The position numbers were made by a program, and so were the translations under genes. Of a stretch of DNA of 64,000 nt, positions 46,515-53,838 are shown piece after piece. Below the pieces are notes generated by a model that was not told the origin of the DNA, ran no database searches, and saw nothing but the letters and a program-made list of their open reading frames with translations. How positions within the stretch are numbered: position 1 is the first letter of the stretch; each line of letters begins with the position of its first letter. The DNA comes from a virus: IMG/VR virus record IMGVR_UViG_3300037264_005839. One strand, given 5' to 3'.

Positions 46515-47300
46515 CTATGACCCTTCGGGGCGGTGATCCTCCCCGGAATTGTTGATTTGGGGTGTGCAGCCCTCCACGAGTTGATCCCATCGATGTTCGA
46601 TCAGGTCGCTGTAGAGACGCGCATCCAGGCCGTAGGACCCCAGGGAGATCATGTCGTTGACCTCGACAAGGAGCGTACGCCCGTCCCGAACCCGACCAAA
46701 GTCCAGCGCACAGGCCCGTGGCATGTCGTCGTAGCCGGCGAACGCATGCAGGGCTTGGTGCACGACATCCGCATCCGGGAAGAGAAAGGGATCACCACGG
46801 TAGTGCCCGATGCCAACAGCTTGCCCGTCACGGCAGTAGACGCGCCACTCACTGAGGAACTCGACATACTCGACGCAATACACAAGCGTCGTCGCATCCA
46901 AATGGCTCGTCACGATCAGGTCGCCGAAGCGCGAGACCACTTGGCCAAGGAACAACTTGTGGTGCACCGGCTTGATGAACACGGGAGGACCAGGCTCGTT
47001 GTACCGACGACGGATCACGCTGAGCACATCGACATCGACTCTCCGTCCCATGAAGGGGCGGAGCCGGGACGGGTAATCGAGATGCGTCGGCGTGCAACCG
47101 AGGCGCGCCAAGTAATCTCGCACGATGTTCACGTCGCCGAAGACGAGACAGTCTGGAGTTGCCGGGAGTTCCTCGATCTGCGTCGGATTCAGGGTGCACA
47201 CGTCACGCCCCCGTGCTCGGAACCCGAGGAAGGCCGCGCACAGGGCCGCATTCGGAAATTGCCCGTCCTCGTCGATCTGAATGACTACGCGGTCGATCAC
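46515..47300 (-). CDS. ATP-grasp fold enzyme
   Basis: VFIKP..., EWRVYCRDG, TLLVEVN typical of ATP-grasp ligases. Confidence 0.6.
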   Translation of the reverse strand: MIDRVVIQIDEDGQFPNAALCAAFLGFRARGRDVCTLNPTQIEELPATPDCLVFGDVNIVRDYLARLGCTPTHLDYPSRLRPFMGRRVDVDVLSVIRRRYNEPGPPVFIKPVHHKLFLGQVVSRFGDLIVTSHLDATTLVYCVEYVEFLSEWRVYCRDGQAVGIGHYRGDPFLFPDADVVHQALHAFAGYDDMPRACALDFGRVRDGRTLLVEVNDMISLGSYGLDARLYSDLIEHRWDQLVEGCTPQINNSGEDHRPEGS

Positions 47301-47647
47301 TTGAGTGCATCCACGATGCCCTGCATCACGGCCTTGGCATCCTCAGGGGTTATGTTGTCGCGACCATTCGTCTTGGCACGCCACAGGGCACGCACAAGAC
47401 CCTCCTCCATGGCCTCCCTGATGCGCGGGAGTTCCTCGCAGCCGGTCATCTGGATGAGGAAGTGGACGACGGGCATCGCCTGCCTGGTTCGCATCACCGC
47501 CGCCCCTCGACCTCTGTCGTTGAGCGTCTCCATGTGCAGGTTGCCCCAGATGCAGAACTGTGCCGTGAAGGCGCCGGGACCGAGACGCTGGATATCCTCG
47601 ATCGTCTTCTTGACGTACTCGAGATCCTCGGGATCGACATCCATCAT
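47297..47647 (-). CDS. hypothetical protein
   Basis: overlapping stop/start with neighbours. Confidence 0.5.
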   Translation of the reverse strand: MMDVDPEDLEYVKKTIEDIQRLGPGAFTAQFCIWGNLHMETLNDRGRGAAVMRTRQAMPVVHFLIQMTGCEELPRIREAMEEGLVRALWRAKTNGRDNITPEDAKAVMQGIVDALK

Positions 47648-48267
47648 CGGGAACGTCGCAGCAGTTGGTCAAGGGTGAGTTGCTCGCCCCGCTCAGAGCC
47701 CCACCGTGGGAGGGTCTCCTTCGTCCACGGACACTCATCGTCCTTGATGCTCTCCCATTCCTCGGCGGTCGGCTCGCGCCATTCTCCCGTCGCCTCGAAG
47801 TCCCAGTCGTCGCCGTAGTCGATTGTGGAGACGCGGTAGGACCCCATGGAACCTATCCATACCCAGACTCCAGGGCCCGGGGCCGCGAGGTCGAGGTCGG
47901 AGCACGAGCGCCCGATCTCGTCGAGGTGCCAGTCGATGGCAGGCCCGCACGCATGCAGGAGCACGTCATTGCCCTTCCCGTCCGACGCCACGACAGCACA
48001 TGACTGGTAGATTTTCCCCTCGCCGTCGCGCCACGGGTTCGTGAACTCGTGGATCCACTCGGCCGCCAAGCGTCCCTCAGGAGTCAGCGAGTCGCCGAGG
48101 ATTAGGTCACGCTGTGTCAGGCTGACCCGTACCTCGTTGGGGATGGCGGGATCATCCTCGCGCCACCTGAGGGTGGAGAGAACGTCCCACTCCGCCTCGC
48201 TCAGTTCATGTAGACGGTCGAAACACTTGGGCTTCGGTGGTTCTTCAACGTACTTGATGGTGGTCAT
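47644..48267 (-). CDS. hypothetical protein
   Basis: 207 aa; upstream palindrome carrying GGGGTATAA. Confidence 0.5.
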   Translation of the reverse strand: MTTIKYVEEPPKPKCFDRLHELSEAEWDVLSTLRWREDDPAIPNEVRVSLTQRDLILGDSLTPEGRLAAEWIHEFTNPWRDGEGKIYQSCAVVASDGKGNDVLLHACGPAIDWHLDEIGRSCSDLDLAAPGPGVWVWIGSMGSYRVSTIDYGDDWDFEATGEWREPTAEEWESIKDDECPWTKETLPRWGSERGEQLTLDQLLRRSR

Positions 48268-48303
48268 GGGATCGAAAACCTCGGGCGAAGAAGTCTCTTG
48301 TTT

Positions 48304-48331
48304 TATACCCCGCGTACATGGCCGGGGTATA
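48304..48331. other. perfect 9-bp stem/10-nt loop palindrome TATACCCCG-N10-CGGGGTATA
   Basis: between sirtuin 3' end and start of 47644..48267; no U-tract, so probably regulatory rather than an intrinsic terminator. Confidence 0.6.
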
Positions 48332-48348
48332 AGGGGAAATGTCGCCCG

Positions 48349-49206
48349 CTAGCGCGTCAGGAAATCCACGAGCTCAGGTAACACGACGCCGGCTCGGCCG
48401 CGCAGCCACACCCCTTGCTGCCGTGCAAGGTTAGCGAGGGGGCTGTCCTCAGGGTTGACATCGATGACAATCGCGTCTCGGACCACCGCGTAGTTCGTCA
48501 AGATCTGCGCGATTGGGACGACGGCACTGCACCCCACGGTGAGGACGAGATCGGCCTCCTGTGCGAAGTTGTGGGCCTCCTCGCTCCGGTAGAGCTCCTG
48601 CGAGTACATCTCATCGAACAGGAGCACGTGCGGCCGCATGATGTATCCGCAGTCGGGACAGGTCAGGTCCTCGGGAAACCGGGCGTTCTCTGGAATGTCC
48701 GCGAATTTCGGAACGCCCTGGTTGTTACGTAACCAGCACTCGTCGCTGCATCGCATGCGCTTGTCCCCGTGGAGTTCGATGCACTTCTCGGGTGTGTTGC
48801 CGGCTTCAAGGTGCAGCCCATCGATGTTCTGCGTGACGAGCAGGAACTGACCCTCCGTGGAGTGCATGTAATTCTCGAGGTAGGCGATGGCTAGGTGCGC
48901 CGGGTTGGGCTCCTTACCGCGCATCGTTCCAGCGAATCGGTCAAGGTAGTACTCCCAGAGTTTGTCGATCTGGTGCTCAACCGTGGTACTGCGCAGGAAC
49001 TCAACCGGATTCCAATCGTCGGAATCGTAGATCCCGGTACCGTCGACAGAGCGGAATGTTGGGATACCACTCTCGGCCGAGATGCCAGCTCCGGTGATGA
49101 CGAGCACCTTCCCTTCGTGGACAGCACGACGGGCCCGGCTCCACACGCGGGACGGGATCGAAGCAAGGGCCTCCACTTCTTGTTCGTGCAAGGAAGTTGT
49201 CGTCAT
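48349..49206 (-). CDS. Sir2-family NAD-dependent deacylase (sirtuin) with zinc ribbon
   Basis: GAGISAESGIPTFR, CPDCG...C, catalytic-His region; start ATG 49206 overlaps upstream stop. Confidence 0.8.
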   Translation of the reverse strand: MTTTSLHEQEVEALASIPSRVWSRARRAVHEGKVLVITGAGISAESGIPTFRSVDGTGIYDSDDWNPVEFLRSTTVEHQIDKLWEYYLDRFAGTMRGKEPNPAHLAIAYLENYMHSTEGQFLLVTQNIDGLHLEAGNTPEKCIELHGDKRMRCSDECWLRNNQGVPKFADIPENARFPEDLTCPDCGYIMRPHVLLFDEMYSQELYRSEEAHNFAQEADLVLTVGCSAVVPIAQILTNYAVVRDAIVIDVNPEDSPLANLARQQGVWLRGRAGVVLPELVDFLTR

Positions 49207-49436
49207 GAAATCTCTGGTTCCTTCCACCCGGACTGGCTGCGGATCTCGATAATTTGTTCCCACGAGAGCTTCTCAGGGTTGAGCGCCTCGTCGGGATCTA
49301 TCCACCCCTGACGCCGGGCATACCCCGTCGAGAAGACGGCTCGCGCCATCCCGATGCGCTGGACCTCGGCCGCCTCGTCCTCAGATCCGAGGTGAACGAA
49401 GACGCCCTTGCCGAAGGGGTTTTTGATGGTTGCCAT
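49203..49436 (-). CDS. hypothetical small protein
   Basis: ATG preceded by GGGGGTATAACGCTGGAGGC. Confidence 0.45.
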   Translation of the reverse strand: MATIKNPFGKGVFVHLGSEDEAAEVQRIGMARAVFSTGYARRQGWIDPDEALNPEKLSWEQIIEIRSQSGWKEPEIS

Positions 49437-49488
49437 GCCTCCAGCGTTATACCCCCACGCTACTCGTCCTATCCCTGTCCTCTGATGG

Positions 49489-49839
49489 ATGCAGCAGATG
49501 CCCAAGATCGTGCGCCCGATCAAGATCGTGCAGGTGCCGTCGAGCTGCGCCAGCCCGCTCTTGTTGCTGCATAAGCGGTGGGTTGGACCCATCGTCTTCT
49601 TGGCGCAGGGGGACGTCCCAATAGTGGTCGATGCCCCATCCCGAGCGGTGATCCCCCTCCTGCCGAATCGTGGGACGGTGGGGCGAGAGGCGGCCGCGAG
49701 TTTGCTCAGGGAGGCTGCCCCATATCCTGCGGAGATCTACCTCGTCGCCGTCGAGACGGCTGCTGGCATCCACGGCTTCGGGATGCTCGCGGTTCCGGTG
49801 GCGATGACTCCGACGTTCACGACGGCCCCGACGCCCTAG
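49489..49839 (+). CDS. hypothetical protein
   Basis: about 85% GC3 versus low GC3 for antisense ORF 49447..49773; single plus-strand gene inside the minus-strand island. Confidence 0.5.
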   Translation: MQQMPKIVRPIKIVQVPSSCASPLLLLHKRWVGPIVFLAQGDVPIVVDAPSRAVIPLLPNRGTVGREAAASLLREAAPYPAEIYLVAVETAAGIHGFGMLAVPVAMTPTFTTAPTP

Positions 49840-50231
49840 GCGAACTTCGGCATGAGAGGGTCCTCGTTGCGCTGCTCGCCGTTCACGATGATCTCACGGT
49901 AGCGCTTGAGGAGGGAGACCTCGATCTCCACCACGCGCTTGGTCTCTTGGCTCACGAACTTCGCCAAGAGAGCCTCTTCCTGTTGCTTGATGCGTCGGTC
50001 AAGCCACGCCGCCAAACCTTGGCGCTCCGTCTTCCGCATGTCCTTCTGCTCCTGGAGCTCGCTCCGCAGTTTGTCGTTGGATCGGTCGCTCCAGCGCAAC
50101 CTGTTCCGTTCCTTCGCAAGGGCCTCCCTTGTTTGGTTGAGTTCGTCCTCGAGCGTCTTGATCTGACCCTCAAGGGACTCCACGATGTCGAGAGCTTTTT
50201 GGCTCAGGTCTGCGTTGTCCAAGATGTCCAT
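49836..50231 (-). CDS. coiled-coil protein
   Basis: 131 aa, heptad-rich; ATG preceded by GAGTAGAATGGAGGC. Confidence 0.55.
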   Translation of the reverse strand: MDILDNADLSQKALDIVESLEGQIKTLEDELNQTREALAKERNRLRWSDRSNDKLRSELQEQKDMRKTERQGLAAWLDRRIKQQEEALLAKFVSQETKRVVEIEVSLLKRYREIIVNGEQRNEDPLMPKFA

Positions 50232-50265
50232 GCCTCCATTCTACTCCACGTGGTACGGTGGGAAG

Positions 50266-50796
50266 ATGAGCAACGTGAGAGAGCATGCAGCCAGGGCCTT
50301 CGCAGTCCAGGCTCACGGGGATCAACGGTACGGATCGAAGCCCTATGTCGCGCATCTGGATGACGTGGCTGCCCTCGTGGAGGAGATCGCCGAAATTCAC
50401 GAACGAGAGATCCTCCTCGCCGTCGCATATCTTCACGACGTGCTCGAGGACACCGATGCCACACAAGAACAGATCGACGAGCTGTTCGGTCCAGTTGTGG
50501 CCCAGGCCGTCGCGGAGATCACCGATCCCCCGGGTGAGACACGAAGCGAGCGCAAGAAGATCTTGCACTGGCGCCTTGAGGAGCTGAACGCGAAGACTCC
50601 GGCTGGACACGCGGCGCTGATCGTGAAGGCGGCCGACCGTCTCGCCAACGTGCGTGCCTGCATCGTCGAGGGGAAGGAGGATCTGATCAAGATGTACGTG
50701 AGCGAGCACCTCGAGTTCCGCAAGGGCGCGCACAGGCGAGGCATGTGCGACGCATGGTGGGCCGAACTGGATGCCCTCCACCACGCAAGGCGTTAG
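50266..50796 (+). CDS. HD-domain phosphohydrolase (RelA/SpoT-hydrolase-like)
   Basis: HGDQRYGSKPYVAHL..., LHDVLEDT; ATG preceded by GGTACGGTGGGAAG. Confidence 0.7.
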   Translation: MSNVREHAARAFAVQAHGDQRYGSKPYVAHLDDVAALVEEIAEIHEREILLAVAYLHDVLEDTDATQEQIDELFGPVVAQAVAEITDPPGETRSERKKILHWRLEELNAKTPAGHAALIVKAADRLANVRACIVEGKEDLIKMYVSEHLEFRKGAHRRGMCDAWWAELDALHHARR

Positions 50797-50945
50797 GACG
50801 AGAGGAAGGCGGTGTGGGGAGCCGGTGGTCGAGGCTGCATGAAACGAGAAGACCTCCGGCTTGAACTTGGCGCGTACACCCTCGTCGGTGACGACCGGGA
50901 TGATGACGTCCATCGTCACGCAACAGATGCCGGAGCGTTGGCAGA

Positions 50946-51212
50946 TCAATGGATCATCCTCTCGTCAACGATGGTGCCCCCGAACTGCTCGACGATCTGG
51001 CGTGCCTGCGCCATCGCCTGTTCGTAGTTCTCGCGCAACGCGATCACGAAAAATGTCTGGTCGCCCTCTTGGCTCCCCACAGCCTTCACGGCGATCAAGC
51101 CGTCCTCGGGGCCGTCCTTCTCGAGAGGGCACTCGTCGCCCACGAAGATGACCAGGCCCCCGCTCTCGCAGGCGGTCTTGATCTCCTCGGGTGTTCGCAG
51201 AATCCGATCCAT
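50946..51212 (-). CDS. hypothetical protein
   Basis: internal ATG chosen because GGGGTACAAGGCGAG precedes it; 88 aa. Confidence 0.5.
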   Translation of the reverse strand: MDRILRTPEEIKTACESGGLVIFVGDECPLEKDGPEDGLIAVKAVGSQEGDQTFFVIALRENYEQAMAQARQIVEQFGGTIVDERMIH

Positions 51213-51565
51213 CTCGCCTTGTACCCCTTGACGCGGGTATCGTCGAAGGGTGGCAGCGAACACCAGTTGGAAGGCAGTCCTCGGCCGGGAGAACGTGACG
51301 GTCGTGGCGACGACGCCTGGACCCCTGACGGGCGACGTCGTCTACATGGTCAAACACGAAGATGGGTGTACGAGCTCGTGGCTTCGCCCCTTCAACCAGT
51401 CAATCCCCTACGTGACGGGCTCCCACGCAACCACGCTGCGCCGGAGGTAGGGATCACCGGGCCTCCGCGGAATAGGTGTAGGGAGACCTCGGTTCTGGGG
51501 CCAGCAGGGGCTCAGGCGCCAGACGGCGTAGAAACAGAGCCAAGCCTGATTTTCACGAAAGCCTC

Positions 51566-52213
51566 ATGAAGGAAGCCACCATGTCGAAGCACCACGTCCT
51601 ACGCCGCATCCTCGCGTGCGCCCTCACGGCCGCGATCCCCACCACGCTCGTCCTCCAGTCGGCAGGATGCCTGTGCGGCGTGGACAAGCACGACAAACTC
51701 ACGGCGACGTACCTGACCTGTGACGAAGAGTGGGCGAACATCGAGGCGCAGTACCAGCGCCGCATGGACCTCATCCCGAACCTCGTGAAGGTCGTGAAGG
51801 CATCCGCAGCTCACGAGAAGGACACGCTCGAGGCCGTGATGAAGGCGCGCGCCGAGGCGTCGAAAGTCACTCTCGACGCGAAGTCCCTCTCCGATCCCGA
51901 AGCGATGGCGAAGTTCCAGGCGGCGCAAGGCGAGGTGTCACAGGCACTCGGCAAACTGATGATGGTCTCGGAGGCATACCCGGACCTCAAAGCCAACGAG
52001 CAGTTCGCCACGCTGATGGAGCAGATCGAGGGCACGGAAAACCGCATCCTCGTCGCCCGCAAGAAGTACAACGCCGCCGTCAAGGACTACAACTTCGAGG
52101 TGATGAACTCGGGCGGCAAGGTCTTCAACGCGATCACCGGCGAGATGTTCACGGCCCGCGTCATGTTCACGGCCCAAGCGGGTGCCAACCAGGCGCCGGA
52201 AGTGGACCTGTAG
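51566..52213 (+). CDS. LemA-family protein
   Basis: N-terminal TM; EEWANIEAQYQRRMDLIPNLV...; start could be the second ATG at 51581 (AAGGAAG RBS). Confidence 0.75.
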   Translation: MKEATMSKHHVLRRILACALTAAIPTTLVLQSAGCLCGVDKHDKLTATYLTCDEEWANIEAQYQRRMDLIPNLVKVVKASAAHEKDTLEAVMKARAEASKVTLDAKSLSDPEAMAKFQAAQGEVSQALGKLMMVSEAYPDLKANEQFATLMEQIEGTENRILVARKKYNAAVKDYNFEVMNSGGKVFNAITGEMFTARVMFTAQAGANQAPEVDL

Positions 52214-52214
52214 G

Positions 52215-53006
52215 ATGCAGGCACTCTCGCGCGGGCTCCTCGCGGCAATCGTCGCGCTCGTAGTTTTTCTGCTGAGTTCCGTCGCGTCGGCGGAGTTCAA
52301 GGTGCCACCTCGGCCCGATGGTCCCGTCCACGACGGTGCCGACGTGCTGACGGGCGCACAGGAACGCGCACTTGAGATCAAGCTGGAGAAGTTCCGCGAC
52401 GCCCAAGGCCCTTCCGTCGTCGTGGCATTCATCCCGTCACTCGACGGCGAGCCCATCAACGAGGCCGCGTACGAGATCTTCTCGGCATGGGGCATCGGCA
52501 AGAAGAAACAGAATGATGGTGTGCTCCTCCTGATATCGGTCGCGGAGGCGAAAAAGGCAGGGCCCGGCGCCACGAAGTGCGGCTGTGCGAGGATCGAGGT
52601 CGGCGAGTACATCGAGGGCACCCTCACGGACGCCCGATCTCTCAAGATCCTCAAGGACGATGTGCTCGCGGCCGTCGTGAGCGGCAAGTTCGATGAGGGC
52701 GCCACCAAGGCCACGGACAGCATCATCGGTGTCCTCTCAGGCGACCCAGAGGCCCTTTCGGCGACCGACCCGGGGGATGGGGGCTCCGGCCTCCCCGACC
52801 TGCCCTGGTGGCTCTGGGTGGCCCTCGTGCTGCTCGGCCTCTACGTCCTCTACATCGCCGCCAAGCACGGCCTTCTGGAGGCATTCCTCAGCGGTGGAGG
52901 GGGATCGAGCGGGGGATCCTGGGGTGGGGGATCCAGCGGAGGGGGATCGAGTGGTGGCTCGTCCTTCGGAGGGGGATCGAGCGGAGGCGGGGGCGCCAGC
53001 GTCTGA
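52215..53006 (+). CDS. TPM-domain (TLP18.3/Psb32-like) protein with Gly/Ser-rich tail
   Basis: signal peptide, TPM core DGADVLTG...VVVAFIPSLDG...GVLLLISV, TM, GGGSSGG repeats. Confidence 0.75.
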   Translation: MQALSRGLLAAIVALVVFLLSSVASAEFKVPPRPDGPVHDGADVLTGAQERALEIKLEKFRDAQGPSVVVAFIPSLDGEPINEAAYEIFSAWGIGKKKQNDGVLLLISVAEAKKAGPGATKCGCARIEVGEYIEGTLTDARSLKILKDDVLAAVVSGKFDEGATKATDSIIGVLSGDPEALSATDPGDGGSGLPDLPWWLWVALVLLGLYVLYIAAKHGLLEAFLSGGGGSSGGSWGGGSSGGGSSGGSSFGGGSSGGGGASV

Positions 53007-53028
53007 GATCCTCGCCGCCGAGGGACCG

Positions 53029-53550
53029 CTAGCTCGCGGCCTCCTGGCGTGTTCCCTTCTGCGAACGAGGCCCGAGCGTCATGGACATGTTGCGTCCGTC
53101 CATGCGCGATGCCTGGACGACACTGCACACGTCGGAGAGTTCTCGGCACACGCGGTCAAGGATCGCCTGTCCTGTCTCCGGGTGCACCATCTGGCGCCCT
53201 CTGAACTGCACGAGCAGCTTGACCCGGTGGCCTTCCTCGAGGAAGTCCCGGGTGTGCTTCGCCTTGAAGGTGAAGTCGTGATCGCCGATCTGAGGTCTGA
53301 ACTTCACCTCCTTGAGCTCCTGAGCAGTACGGTTCTTCTTGGAGTCGCGGGCCAGCTTGGCCTGCTCGTACTTGTACTTGCCGTAGTCGATGATTTTACA
53401 AACCGGAGGTTCCGCGTTCGGCGATACCTCGACGAGGTTGAGACCGAGAGCTTGGGCGCGCCGCTGAGCATCGCGGGTGTCCAAGATCCCGAGTTGTTCG
53501 CCCTCCGGTCCGATCACGCGTACTTGCGGTACGCGGATGCGATGGTCCAT
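53029..53550 (-). CDS. infC: translation initiation factor IF-3
   Basis: 173 aa; N- and C-domain blocks (VRVIGPEGEQLGI, EVSPNAEPPVCKIIDYGKYKYE, KEVKFRPQIGDHDF...); TATAAT about 65 nt upstream. Confidence 0.85.
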   Translation of the reverse strand: MDHRIRVPQVRVIGPEGEQLGILDTRDAQRRAQALGLNLVEVSPNAEPPVCKIIDYGKYKYEQAKLARDSKKNRTAQELKEVKFRPQIGDHDFTFKAKHTRDFLEEGHRVKLLVQFRGRQMVHPETGQAILDRVCRELSDVCSVVQASRMDGRNMSMTLGPRSQKGTRQEAAS

Positions 53551-53619
53551 GCGAGGCCCCTTCTGGGGCTGAGGCTTCCTGCCATTTCCGTGTGCCAGAG
53601 TTCCTTCTCCTTGTTTCCC

Positions 53620-53625
53620 ATTATA
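53620..53625 (-). promoter_or_regulatory. candidate -10 element (TATAAT) for infC
   Basis: perfect TATAAT on the minus strand in the 90-nt gap upstream of IF-3; no good -35 seen. Confidence 0.35.
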
Positions 53626-53640
53626 CGCATTCGGTCGTCA

Positions 53641-53838
53641 TCAGCTCGAAGGGTCCACGGACCACTTGCCTGTGTCCATGCCCCCTTGATCGTCAAAATC
53701 CTCGGGGCCATCGTCGTCCTCGGGGGCCTCCTTGCGTCGAATCCCCGATCCTCCACACGCATCGCATGATTCGCGGAGGTGGAAAAGGACGGTCCATCCT
53801 CGACCTTTGCAACGGAGGCATGGCTCCTCGTCTGACAT
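53641..53838 (-). CDS. small acidic zinc-ribbon protein
   Basis: CLRCKG...CDACGG; ATG directly after the tail-fibre gene stop. Confidence 0.45.
   Translation of the reverse strand: MSDEEPCLRCKGRGWTVLFHLRESCDACGGSGIRRKEAPEDDDGPEDFDDQGGMDTGKWSVDPSS

Noticed and set aside
48349-49206. Sirtuin considered as a defence-type SIR2 (Thoeris/DSR-like NADase)
   Set aside because: It has the canonical catalytic motifs plus a CxxC...CxxC zinc ribbon typical of true deacylases, and it has no partner effector domains.
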